NCBI RefSeq assembly: GCF_964204645.1
Contig: NC_134025.1
Location: 29,616,299 to 29,680,298 of the forward strand
Length of the DNA: 64,000 bases
Source of the DNA: Tubulanus polymorphus
Lineage: Eukaryota; Animalia; Nemertea
Direction: 5' to 3'
Shown here: one piece after another, positions 40,841-53,910 of the stretch
Numbering within the stretch: the stretch's first letter is position 1
Layout: every line of letters starts with the position of its first letter
Position numbers and translations under genes: made by a program
Notes under the pieces: model-generated
Database searches by the model: none
Told to the model about the DNA's origin: nothing
Seen by the model: the letters and a program-made list of their open reading frames with translations, nothing else

Positions 40841-42051
40841 AAGTCCGAAAGTGGTCTTAAATCTCAAGACTGGTCTTAAGTTGTTAGGTTGGCTATAGAA
40901 CCAAGTTGGTCTTAGGCTGGTCTTAAGTCTAAGCCATGACTATGGAACCGGCCCGGAGCCAGTTGCACAGTCGTGGCTTAAGTCCGAAAGATGGTCTTAA
41001 ATCTTAAGACTGGGGTTCGAACCCGGGACACCCCTGTACATCCTCTATTCAGCATCAGGACCTTCTGAATCAGTATCAGTAATTACTGGGTTTGAACCCG
41101 GGACACCCCTGTACATCCTCTATTCAGCATCAGGACCACTCTGAATCAGTATCAGTAATTACTGGGCTTGAACCCGGGACACCACTGTACATCCTCTATT
41201 CAGCATCAGGGCCACTCTGAACCAGTATCAGTAATTACTGGGTTCGAACCTTAGAGACGATCAGGAGGTCATCGGCTACATTTACCGAAAGCATGAAGAA
41301 AATCAAAACAATGATTTTTACAAGAGAAACACAAATCTCATGTAATTAATCATGTAATGTTAACACCAAAAGAAGGACTAGACTCTAAAAATCATTCTAG
41401 ATTTGTCAAAGTGCTGAGACGTAATCATAGTTTCTAAAAGATCCACAGTCCATAGTTTTCCCCATATTACACCAGATCTCGATAGAGCCCGAGACACTAT
41501 GTTATACATCATCATGTAAATTTAAGAAAGTCCATATTAGAATTTCGTTTCTTGTTCCAATTTACTCTTATTCCATTTTTGATTTTGGTCAAAGAGTATG
41601 GCGGTATCAAATCATGCGTACAGGGTCAGACTGTCCATGAGGATACTAGTTGTGATAAGTCAGACAAGTCATGATTAGGTATTAAAGCAATTCACTAAGT
41701 GAAAAACTGCCACCTTCCACTTTTTTCCGCATTAAGCGTTAAATTTTGCTTAAGCCTACATAAGTCATGTCATCGTTGATGCCGGTCCTCTGATAGAAGA
41801 AAAATAAACTCATAAGAAAAACCATTCAGTAAATGATAATAATAATAATTGAGTTTATTTAATCACAATGCGATAAAAGTGGATAAGTTTTCGTTGGTAT
41901 AAGCCCATCCGATTATAAAAAGCTTACCACCAACGATTAGGTAACTAACTTACCTACCTTTGATACGAACCCCAGTGCTGAAACTCGCCGCCGGCTAAGT
42001 TGGTCTTAGACTGGTCTTAAGTCTAAGCCATGACTATGCAACTGGCCCCAG
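40841..42051. mobile_element. Cluster of PIF/Harbinger-like MITE copies; one copy is split by an insert of about 1 kb
   Basis: Left end GGAGCCAGTTGCACAGTCGTGGCTTAAG (about 40955) is the inverse of right end CTAAGCCATGACTATGCAACTGGCCCC (about 42023-42049). An adjacent partial copy lies at 40841-40955. Confidence 0.6.
41013..41250. repeat. About 75-bp tandem repeat, about 3.2 copies
   Basis: GGGTTCGAACCCGGGACACCCCTGTACATCCTCTATTCAGCATCAGGACCACTCTGAATCAGTATCAGTAATTACT repeated. Confidence 0.9.
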
Positions 42052-43682
42052 GGCAGCATCACAGACGAGAAAACAATCGCTGCAAAACGAATTTTTTGAT
42101 ATAGCACAAAACACATTTTAAGAATGCAGATTCGTTTACCGAAGTGTCGCTTTTCAATGCGCTTGCGACAGCAGGGATATCTACCGTTACGTGCTGCCCC
42201 TAGATAAAACGTTGACAGTTGAAGTGTGAACTAACTTTTTACTCGCATGCCACAGTTTGCAATAACCCATGCGGCTTAGTTCACATTTTCACCGTCAATG
42301 TAATATAAAGAAGCAGCACGTGACGGTCCTATAAGGATACCGCTGGCGGGGTAGGATTCACTGTTTACATTTATTGAAGGTGAAACATATTGATTCGAGC
42401 ATCATCTTTGATCATAAAACATTACTTTTTGAAGTAAAGATCTTACTTAGGAACCGTGGACACAGGTTTTGGATTCCTAGCTACAGTGTAGGCATGTGCC
42501 ATATCATCATCATATACCATCTGAACTTGCGAACTGAAATTCCCGCCGGGACATACTTTTCTAAGTGGGATAAAATCTTATTTCCAAGATTCCCATTCTG
42601 AAGTGCGCAGCTCCAATAAAATCGAATACACGTATATTCCTGTTTTTAGTTTATTTTAATACTTGAAAATGCTTTTACTACAGTTTTTAAAGTCATTTAA
42701 TAATAAACACTCACCCTCAATAAATAGCACCTTTTTAGTTAGAAGAGTCACACACTACTGTAGTCAACTATACTCTCACTACATACAATATCACATCTAA
42801 TTTGATCATTTCCTAAAAATGTGATAACTTTTATAATTCATTAAGATATGAAATAAATGTTTTGACACTGAATCAGACTGTTGTAATACCGTACAGTGAT
42901 AAAAATGCATACATATTACTAAAACGTGGCTTTCCTTAATATTAGTGTTTATAAAACAATGGTTATCAGTAAACATTCCATATATCAGCCAATCTTTTGG
43001 CATAAAACCTACACTTTTATATGGGGGGATTAAGGAAATATACATATTTATAACAAAAAAGCTCTTCTCTAGTAGCATAGTACATAGGATGTCATGAGGC
43101 AGAATCCTTTTTTTTTTTAAATTTGAATTCACAAAGGCTGTCTACCAGTGCACTTTAAAGCGCTCATAGCGAAATAAAACATTTTTTACTGGTTAAAAAG
43201 CCTGGATTCTCAATAAATTAGGAATACAAAATATTTACAAACCATTTTTACCAAACAAAACATACTGAAAAGACATAAAAACAAACACACAATCCACACA
43301 ATTCTTCTTATTATCAAGAAAGCTGGCGAATAATTCTCTAAGAATTCGGAAAGACTTCCCAAATTCCACAATCCTCAACTCAGTATCCTAATGAATTTAA
43401 TATCTAGCGCCAACACATCGGAGTAAGCCAGAGACTTCGATCTTGCCTCTTTAGAACATCAAACCATTTTGCTTAGCTAAAACCTATTGCAATGGAGTCT
43501 TCAGTTCTGAAAAAAACTGATTTAAGCTGGTTTGACTGAACTTATGTCTCACAATATCCTATATAAGTTAAACACAATCGATAGTATCGATAACACATCG
43601 TAATGAAATTATATACAGGTATTGAATCAATCTAAAATATGTTGAACTCTAAGAGTTTTGTTAAAGCAGTGATATTACAGCT

Positions 43683-43709
43683 TATATATATATATATATA
43701 TATATATAT
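43683..43709. repeat. (TA)n microsatellite
   Basis: Directly visible. Confidence 0.9.
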
Positions 43710-44987
43710 GGCTTTAGGCTACCGGGTATATCATCTTTATTATAAGTTGGATTAGAAAATATTAACAATTGCTTTATTTTGGAGGTTGTTTTGAATAGTG
43801 ATACTGGAATATTGCCTATCAACTGCCTACACAAATTGTCACCACCACATTTAACCTTAAAATTACAAATGTTTATTCTTATTTTCATATCTATGTTTAA
43901 AAATGAGGGGCACCGGGAAAATAATTACATTCTCCTTTATACCTAGAAAATCCAAAAAGTTCATTGGTGGATCTATAACCCAACTTGTAATACAGAGGAC
44001 ATTAACTGATCATAATCTCAGTTGAAATTCATACACAGTCATAGACATCAGTGAGGTTCTCTCCCACCCACGGTAGACATCAACCTGCATCATCAAGTAT
44101 AATTGTGTATATGGCAGTGCCTTACAGCTCTACTGGGAAACAAGGCTGTTTCTAAACCCTTCAATTTCCTAAAAATATAATTAACAGTGACTGAGATTTA
44201 TCAGAACTTTTATGGTTTTACAATTTGAGGGATTGAAGATTTATTGTAATACTTACATGGTCAAAAACACATATTCATTTATTCGTCAACAGGGGCATGC
44301 TGGGCAGTAGTGTCCACCACCTGATCACACAGACCATCAGTTGATTCACTCAACTCACCGCACGCCTGTACTTCGTTGGACAACACCTCTGAGAAAGGGA
44401 AAATAGTCTATTCTTAGTATTGATATGATGGGGATCTGTCACAGTAGAGTCAGAAGAGTAGGATAGAGGGAGCGTCATTTCCCTCCTCCCGTGGTTTGTA
44501 ATTCATCAGAATCATCACCCGTGGTCTACATCATTCGTAAATAATATCTTATGAGAATAATCTCACAGGATAGAATTTACCTACTGTGACAACGACATAT
44601 CGTATAACACAACCATATATACCTGACCAGTTGAACTGACCACATCGGTGATTTTAGACTTGGTCGATAATAATCACTTTTTAAGTAGTTTAAACAATAT
44701 TTTCAAATAAACATCCACATATTTTCTATGATAAAATAGAAGTAATATATGTTATGATAATTTGTTAATTCCTATGAGTAGAAACGCTTTTTTGAAAAAT
44801 AAGTGATAATCTCAGCAGTATAATTACAACATTCTACCGCCAGATGGCTGCACCATCTAGAGATCTCATAGTGCACACATCAACTTCGCGACATGTGCGA
44901 TAAAGCACAATAGGAACAATACACACCTGTTTTAGACATACGTGAAACCATTATATTCATAAAAAGATAAATAAATAAATAACTTAC

Positions 44988-47900
44988 CAATAGATTCTGG
45001 TTTATCACAAGGCGATTCGCTTCCTTCAACATCCAGACTTGCCTCTGAGTTATCAGTACATGGCTGTAGATCATCACCAGGAGGAGTAGAAGGAGTTTCA
45101 GCGTCAGTAGATATGGAACTATCAGCAGTGGGTTGTTGTGAAGCCGGATCCACATCTCCACTAGCTCCGGAATCAGGCTCCGTCTCATCCACCGACGAAG
45201 CTTCGTCGCAAATCAATTTTTCTGGTTCATCTTCCGGGCTACTCGCTCCTGGTTCATTACAGGGCGTCAAGACTGGTGCTTCCCCCTGTTGACACGATGA
45301 CGCTCCACATTTATCATCGATACTCGATTCATCGTCGGGTATATATTCAGCAGATGCAGCAGCGTTGATATCGATATTCTCTTCAACCGATTGAGAACTG
45401 GAGACGTCTTCTATTTTACTCTGTTCGACGGAATTGTCCGTTTCAACCGATGCAGCCCCAACAGCAGATTCACATTCACCAGCTAGATTATCATCAGACC
45501 CTTCTAATATTCCACTTTGTCCTCCATCCTCCAATAAATCATTTTCATCTCCCTCTCCTCCTTCTAATATCGGTAAATCATTTACCTCATCCCTCAGACA
45601 ATTCTCATCCACTGAATCATCAATCTCTTCTAATTTTTCATCAATTAGATCAGTTTCTTCGTCCCTCTCACATTCTACAGTTAACTCACCATCAACTGTA
45701 TCAACCGGCTCATCAGTTTCTCTCTCATCCACGTATTCATCATCGACCTCAACCTCCTCCTCATACGTCTCCTCATCGAAGTCTCCGTAAACCTCTTCGA
45801 CCAATTCATCCTCATACATATCATCATCATCATCTTCATCTTCATCTTGATTTTCGATGCGAGCTCGGTTTTCGCGATCGGCGTTTTCGACGTCTAAATT
45901 AGCCTCGACGTCGGCAGCCCAGTCTAAAACTTTCATATGATCGACGGGAGTAGTCATTACGCTATAAGGAGTATCAGGAGTATCGGGTTCACTGTTTGTG
46001 ATTAGATTTCCGTCGATATCTAGTTTTAGTCTGTACTGTTCGATATCCAGATCTTCTTCGTCTGTATTGTAGAAGGAATCGTCATGGTAACTCTTTTTAC
46101 CGGTATCCGGTTGTTTCACCATCGCGGCTTGTTCTGATTTCTCATCCGCGTTTTCATCTATTTCGTGTTCGGGAGTTTTTTCTTTGTAGCTGTTTTCAGC
46201 CGCAAATCGGACACTGGCCGTTCCCGGCGGACTAGACGCTGATAGAATTTCTGATCTATCGAAGACTGGCTGATCTCTGTGACTGGCGAACCGTCCACTT
46301 CCTGCTCGAGCCCGTGGACCAGATTTCTTCGGCGATATCGCCCCTCCACCTCGTGGGCTGATTGGACTGTGACCCCCGCGAGGGCTGATAGGACCGTGTC
46401 CCCCTCTTTGAGGAGGCGATCGTTTTTTCGCGTAATCGTTGTCGATTTTAACGAATAATTTTCGTTCTTTAGTTTCGATCGTTCGCCCGTCGTCGCTTCC
46501 CGATGAAAATCCTCGACTACGCGATGATGTATTATCACCGGTCACCGCGGCACCTCCTCGACCTCGACCTCGATTAGACGTCACCGGTACACTCGTTCCG
46601 CGACCTCTCGGACTCGGCAATCTACCGGAACCGACTGAAATCACAAAATCACAACCATCAATATACAAGTTAAGGATCATATCAAATCATACTATACAAA
46701 AGAAAAACAGATTTGAAATGTTTCCTTGAGTCGTAGTTTATTCAACATTTTGACAATATCCTAATAGTCATCTTCAGGAACACCCTGATAATACAGTATT
46801 CCTGAAGATGAATATTATGATATAATTGAAAGGTTGATCTTCTTATACTTTATACTCAGATTTTCAATGATCTATAATAAGCCCCATGTTTCGTTCCCAG
46901 TTGGAATGCCAGAGGTTTATAAGAGACACATCCAATAGATTCAGACCATCATTTGAAATGTTAGCAACAATTTTCACAACATTTTGAACTAACTATCAAA
47001 ACTGCAACTGTCCACGACCTCTAACGAAGCGACAGTGATCTGACTATGAGTGTGCAATACACATTGAGCAGCTATTAGTAAATTCGGTGCTAAAACGAGG
47101 AAATACAATGCTATACTAATAATGTATGTATAAGCAAACATGAAAGGCGAACTATCGAGATCTGATACTTCAGCATCTATAAATCTATCGTCAAGAGTTT
47201 AAGAGATACATGCCGTTTATTCAAACACAAAATGCATGAGGTTTTCTAATAAATCTGTCTCATGCAAGTATCAACTAAGGAAAACGTTTTTCTTTTTAAA
47301 TTGACAAGCATTTCGAGATATAAGCCTGCTGAAAACAGTATGGTTCATTCTACAGTAGACTGCGTTTGCCTCGGATTTTTTGGGACAAGTTAATTCATTC
47401 CAGATATGCAGATTCTGGGCGCATGGATGGGTCATTATCACCACGAATTGGATCATTAAAATTTGTAATATATTGACGCGATGGGGCACGCGATAATCCG
47501 AGGTAATCGACTACGGGATAAACAGCGTCTACTGTATCAAATCGGGTGGAATATAGAAATAATATATTAGTAGAGAATAAGGATCATGGAACTAAATAAA
47601 AAGTGAATCGGTTGTAAACGAAAGAAAAATAATCATCATTTCCTAAATAAACGACTCGAGCAACTGCAGCAGCAGCAGCAGCAGCAGTGGCAGCTAACAA
47701 CAAACACAGAACCACTTGAAGCAGCTGTATGAAGTATACCTTTAACCGGGACGTCGACTCGAAGACGTACATCACGACTTACTGAATTGCTACCCACAAA
47801 ACGACCACTACCAATGCGGCCAGCTTTATACACAAAAATCATACGATCAGTATACGGCAGGAGATATCCACAAAAATATTACCGGTATCTTAATATTCGT

Positions 47901-50453
47901 ATTGAAATTTAGTAACTTTCTTTTCTCAAATTTTCTATCCAATTAGGAAATACAGATATAAAGAAGAGATGATGAACGATGAAAAGTAATAGTTGCGAGA
48001 GAATAAATGAAATAAATGAAGAGATGACATCTGACAACAGTTTGATTTATACATTAATACCATTATATATATATATATAATATGTATCTGAAATTACCTC
48101 TTGTATTCTGATATTGTACACCTATTATTGTAACATAAAGTATGTCATATTCAGTACTAATGATCTTATACGAATACACAGAACCACAAAGGGAACTGAG
48201 AAATGCACAAACTCACCTGGTCGTTTAGCTGGTTCAGTTTTCGTGTCATCGCTCCTGCAATTAAAAAACATTGAATGCAAATTCAACAAAATCACATGAT
48301 AAAATCTCTAATCAATTTGCTATTCTGAACAACCCCTCAAAACCAGTCTGGATGACCAAAAATTGAAGGAATGGTTATCAAGTATGGACCATCTAGATAG
48401 GCGGGGGGTGTAATACCAGGCACTGAATCTGTTCCGAAGTTCACACTCTCGAAGGTCGAGAATGATTTACTTACCCCTCGTTTTTATCGAGATCCCATTC
48501 TCTTCTCCAATCTCCTTCTTGATTTCGTTGTCTTTCGATTCTCGATGAATCAATTTGTTCTCGTTCTTTTTTCCACTCGGAGTACGCTTGTCTCTCGCGA
48601 CCGGTCATTCGTACGGTTAATTCCATCTTCGATCGAGGACCGCCCCTTCCACCTCTCCTCGCTCCGCGCTGAAAATCACTCGGTTATGTAAAAATCATGT
48701 TAATTGTTTTATCGGGAGCCCCCCGGGTATAAGGGTATTGCGCATGACATTAAACCTTAGTTTGTTTGCAAATCAAATAACGTGAGAGTTAATCTAGAAC
48801 TGTGGACCCTGATTAATAGACAAAAAGCCGATACCTGTCTATCGTGGTTTATCTGTTTCGGCACGTTATCAAAATTTGCTCCTCCGAAATTGGACGGATG
48901 ACGGCGACTTTTATTGGCCGATTGTTGTTTATCGTCTCGGTCGTTCTCGGTCGCTGCCGTCTCCGTTTCTGAATTATTACTGAACGCGTTATCACGACTT
49001 CGATCGGCGAGGAAATTATAAACCGGGTCCGGAGGAGGTCCGCCCTGAAAACAAACAAACCACATCACGATCAGATTAAAATAAGATCAGAGTTTTCGAT
49101 GCATCACTAGTATGAATCCTGTAATAAGAAGAGTTTATACCTCCTGATTAGGTGAAGGAGGAGGTCTGTTGTGTTGAGGTGGACCGGATACGGGTCTCGG
49201 GCGTCTGACGCCTGATTCCCCGTCTCGTGTCTGTCTCATCTGAGGTCGTTTATCCCAGTCTCCCGACGCTCTGTGATCCTGTTTCGTCGAGGAACGCTGA
49301 TCCTGATCGCCGCCACTCGGGAATCGTTTTTGCGGCGAATGTCGTTCGTCGCGCTCGTTGAAATTCCGCGGAATCATCTGCGGTCGTTTGGGTCGCATAG
49401 AAACGTCTGATTTATCACTATCATTCATTCTTTTTGTCACCTCCTAAAAAACAAATATTCAAATGAATGTTACCTTTCATCTATATTGTAAATTTGCATT
49501 CTCCACTTACTCATCAATTCGTTGGTTATCTCTTTAATCTATACCTTTGCCCCGGTTTCACAGACATCTCAAAGAGTTAACAATGATTATCCTCAAACTG
49601 AGTGACACCCATCGCATAGTAACAATGAGAAAACACGGTAGTAACTGATAGATTTCAAAATGTTCACAAGAATTATTTTGCCCCCCACATCTATTGAAGA
49701 ACTCCACCTTTGTTTTTAGAATTTCCAAAACGTAGTATAATTTCTGAACTTTCATTTTTTATGTTTAGAAAATTTCATTATTCAATAAACTAGGGCCTTG
49801 AGATGGTTTCAAACAGCATGAGAGTATACACGCTATTCTACAACTAAGATTCTTTACTAAAACTTACCGATGCTTTAAGCGGTTCTTTAGTCATTTTATC
49901 GAGCTGTCTTCCTCGTCCCGAAGACTTTGTCTGAGCCTTTTTTCTTTCTTCATTTATCACGCCCTGAATTTGATGTTGAAAGATTTAGAATTTCGACGAT
50001 TTTTTCGGAATGAAAATGATAAAAGCCTTTATCGTCGACGGATATTCTAACCTTCATTTCTTTTTTAGCCGAAGGGGTTCGTCTGTGAGTTGGTGAATTT
50101 GAATCTATTTCAGCCAGTTGAACGGAACCACCTTTAACACTTTCAGCGATTCTACGATCAGCTTCTACCTCCTGAAGACAGAATCATTCATTTTGCGATT
50201 AAACCAAAACCGTAACTAAAACCGACGCGATTACAACTCCTTTCTTACCTCGTGTCTCTTTTTCAGGGCTTCGTTTTTCTTTCGAATTTCCTCCATCTTT
50301 TTGTTGAGAAGAGCCTCTTTCTCTTCTTTGCTCAACATGTCTGGACTTGTCTGTAAAATTAAGAGCAGGAAATAATGTTCCATTCATAGCTATTTTTGTC
50401 ATAACTATCAATGATAAAATACGAACCTGTCTAGCCGATTGTGTAGCTGACAT
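44988..50453 (-). CDS. CCDC9: Coiled-coil domain-containing protein 9-like (DUF4594) with RG-rich and very acidic C-terminal region; terminal exon unresolved
   Basis: Exons 50427-50453, 50249-50350 (LSKEEKEALLNKKMEEIRKKNEALKKRHE), 50052-50171 (EVEADRRIAE), 49868-49963, 49141-49443, 48835-49044, 48475-48668 (MTGRERQAYSEWKKEREQIDSSRIERQRNQEGDWRREWD), 48217-48254, (47740-47823), 44988-46634. The N-terminal coil and the WxxERExID..RxxR...GxWRREWD motif match CCDC9 as recalled. A donor at 44987 implies one more short exon (possibly near 44515-44525). Candidate AATAAA at 42650-42655. Confidence 0.85.
46739..46840. mobile_element. Inverted pair of degenerate hammerhead-core motifs (family A)
   Basis: Minus strand TTC-CTGAAGA-T-GACTATTAGGATATTGTC-AAAATGTTGAATA; plus strand TATTC-CTGAAGATGA at 46797. 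Confidence 0.55.
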
Positions 50454-50499
50454 TTTGATATGTTTGGATTTTCTGTGACTTTCTTAAAACAGAAAACTG

Positions 50500-51458
50500 T
50501 AAATAGAAAAGTAAAGCATTTAAACACCTTCCATTTAGAAATGGCATGATCTAAACTAGCCTATTGGTTCCTGAGACAAACAAACATTCCCATCATTTGC
50601 AGTTGATAGGGCCTAGCCTAAAATTAGAATCGCTGTTTTTTAAGCTTAACTCTCTAGGTTAAATTTGACTGGTAGGCCTTCCACTATCTCTACACTCAAT
50701 TCAGTCCAACGAATGTGGTAGATCATAATATTCAATTTCCTGATTATAATCACGATTGCTGTGAGAGTTTACTGATTGTGAAGAAAGAAATAAGTGAAGA
50801 AATGTTCCACATTTGAAGCAGTGAAATATCTGTGAAAAATGTTTTGCAGACAGACAGTGGATCTTATTGCAGCACAGGTTAATGGAGTACACTGACTCAC
50901 ACTGTGTCGGATAGTCGATGGTGGATGAATGGATCAGACGAGAAAGAAGAGAGTAAGACTGTGTCAGTGTGTGAGGAGCCGAAAGGAAAGGCGGGGGAGA
51001 TTAGGACTGGGAGTGAGTGAGAGAGCTGCCCCGCCCCAAGATGGGGTGTCGCAACAAGCAAATAACAGATACAAATAATACATCACCAACTGAGTTCACA
51101 TATCACCTTTAAAAATGCATCAACCTGTTATTAGAACGCATTTACCACTTCTTAAAAATGTCATCGAATAGTCTGAGCATGTTCTGCCGAGTCTGACTCC
51201 GTTCAATTCAATTTAATTTGTTGATCCTTGCAGTAGAAACAAGTAGCTTATGATTTACACCAATACACTATAAATTCTAGAAACATGATATAACTAATGT
51301 ATTTGAAAACGGAGATTAGAAATGATTTACAATATTGTAACACTAGTTTACTGAACTGACACGAGAGGGGGACACTCTACGGTCTAAGTCACAGAGTACT
51401 ACTGAACTGAGGAATATTTTGGATGGTGGCTATTGGTTTATGGTGCTAGACTCCAAAT
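50500..51458. promoter_or_regulatory. Probable bidirectional promoter region, CCDC9 / CHURC1
   Basis: Head-to-head start codons at 50453 (-) and 51459 (+), about 1 kb apart; TSSs not determinable from sequence. Confidence 0.55.
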
Positions 51459-52234
51459 ATGTGTAACGAATGTGTAAAGGAACAGTATCCGAATCGTGTA
51501 AGTCTTATACTTATAACAGATATCCTTTAAATCAAGTATTTGAATAGGCTACTACCCAAATCTGATAGGCTAGGGGGCGACACTATACGGTGATTAATAA
51601 ATAAATAATCTTGCGGGCTGAGGCTAATGCTCGGCGTTCTCAATCACTTAATAGGGTTACATGTAGAGTTTGAATATTAACTCTTATTTCAGGAAAATAT
51701 TTGTATCGAAAGCGGTTCGTATAGATTGAACTATGCGGGATGTGCCGATTGTCAGAGTAAAGAGATCAAGACCACTAATTTGATAAAAGAGGAAGAAGAC
51801 AATGAAGAGACCATAAAATATGAACGTAAGATCAAATTTAGAAAGAATGTAGACTCTATGTATGAGAGTGGCAATCGAAGAGAGTGGTGGTTATCCAGGG
51901 TACAGTTGCTCAAAGAAAACCGGCGGATAAATATTATAGTAACAATAAACATTTGATTTTGAGATGTCTTATTGTGAATGCAGTCTGGTGTGATAGTTCG
52001 TAGCACGCCGAAATCATCATTGAGTTTTGATTACCATTAGATAATAAATATGAATTTGTTTTTTCAGATACATGCGCTGATTGTAATCATGTTATCGCTA
52101 ATCATGAATATACGTTCGAAGTAGATGATGATTTCCAACATTACACGATGATGTGTGAACTGTGCGGATGCGCTGAAGATCAAAGAAGTATTTTACCGTA
52201 TGATCCTAGAGCACAACAAGAATTATTCATCTAG
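51459..52234 (+). CDS. CHURC1: Churchill zinc-binding protein, 112 aa
   Basis: Exons 51459-51497, 51693-51825 and 52068-52234 give [88 protein letters not shown]..; the CxxC pairs and length match Churchill. AATAAA near 52317. Confidence 0.95.
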
Positions 52235-53363
52235 ATATTCCTTAATGCTTATATCCTCCAATTCGAGTGAATCAATCGCGGCAAAGTTTCCTATTTATTT
52301 ATTTATACTCTAGAAAAATAAATTTTGTTATACGAGAAAAAAAAACAAACTTTTTTGTTATTCAATTTCAGGGTTATTTTATTTTCCACAATACAGGAAT
52401 AATAATTGTCATCGTACATCATCAGATTATGATAAATTAAAGGTGTAAATTTTATGAACGTGAAAACTTGGAAAAACCATCAACAAAGAATGATATGTTA
52501 ACAATTGCGTTTACGTCGAAATAACTGGAATGGATCATTGGTAACAGTAGATGTCCGAGTTTTTAGCATGAAGTTGATATTTTAAGCAAAAGATAAAGAG
52601 CTAATTATTTTGATTGATACAGAAGACTGCACTTGCCTCGGATCTTGCAGGACCAGCACGAATTTTTGTCGCACCGGGCATGAAAATAATCCGAGGCAAG
52701 CGTAGTTATTTTAAGCAGGAAAGTGCGTAAAATTTCTACATAAAAACTATATGAATAAACTACAGGAAATGATGATAATAATAAATCTTATATAAACATT
52801 TTTAAGGGAAAAACCAGAGACAAACGCCTTGTATAGGAGAAATAAAATACAGATCAATACCGTGGACCTAGATTACAGTAAAATACTGTATTACACTATA
52901 TACCATCTCGAAGAGACAGAGAAGCAAACACAAGATTTAACCAACCTGGAAGACAAAACTAAATGCTTTGAGAAAATGCAATTGGAAACATGAAAGATTC
53001 TGAAACATATCCAACAATACTTAACTTATACTCCTCACTATGTCATGTGTTGTATGTACAATACTTTTGATTAGTGTATAAATAATGTCTGAATGCCTCA
53101 CTATATACAGGCTTTACTCCTTTAACTATGTAGTTTAGACTGGCCATATGAATAAATTAGAAAATTAAACGATACTTACCTTGGTAAGGAGATGTTTAAT
53201 GTCAGAGTGAGGGATTACATGAGTTATTATATTCATGGATGAGAGATTCTTGAGAGTCATGCATTACTTGAATGTATAATTCATTGCTCTTTCATTTAAG
53301 CTGGGTTCAATTGGAATGTAGGAAAACTTTATAGATGAATTGTAGGCAGGTTGTGCTGAGACT

Positions 53364-53472
53364 AGGGGCCATTCACAAAACATGTACTGTCATTCAGCAT
53401 TATGTACATAGGAAGAAGTGTGCAATTGTTTTAACTGCTCCACCCGAAATACATACTTTATGAACGGCCCCT
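53364..53472. mobile_element. Small Harbinger-like MITE
   Basis: AGGGGCCATTCACAAAACATGTA ... TACATACTTTATGAACGGCCCCT imperfect TIRs. Confidence 0.6.
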
Positions 53473-53553
53473 TGTATATAAATTGTATATAATCATAAAT
53501 GTACATACTAATAAATGCATTTAAAGCGATGTCATTTCTAGCTACGGTAGATT

Positions 53554-53899
53554 CAGTAGACTCCGCTTGCCTCGGATGTCACGGGACCAATCAATTCTCT
53601 CCGAGTTATAACAGATTCGGGAGCAGATATTGGTCGTTATCATGATGAATCGAACTCGGCAACTTCGAAATATTTGTCCTTGGTACGCTATCAAGGGCAG
53701 ATCTCGGGCAAACAAATGTCTGGAGCTTCTCCTAAAGGAGATAATTTGTCTATGAGATGAAAAAAAAATTGATACTGTTAATTCGAAAATGATAACAATT
53801 TTATCATTTGGGGGCATCCCAGAAATCTTTCGGAGAGTCCACTTACGTCTGCCCTTGATAATCGGAGGCAATTGACTCCGGAGTAAACGTAGTCTACTG
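53554..53899. mobile_element. Tigger-like MITE immediately 3' of the PKD1-like stop codon
   Basis: CAGTAGACTCCGCTTGCCTCGGA ... TCCGGAGTAAACGTAGTCTACTG|TA. A related short hairpin copy lies at about 52624-52707. Confidence 0.6.
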
Positions 53900-53910
53900 T
53901 ACGTATATAT

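Noticed and set aside
41013-41250. tRNA gene array or CRISPR array
   Set aside because: The 75-bp units are near-identical throughout, with a B-box-like motif but no A box or cloverleaf.
45434-46729. Ser-rich and His-rich plus-strand ORFs
   Set aside because: They are antisense shadows of the acidic CCDC9 exon.
51520-51528. ATATCCTTT, a U12-type 5' splice site, in Churchill intron 1
   Set aside because: The canonical GTAAGT donor at 51498 already yields the full conserved protein.
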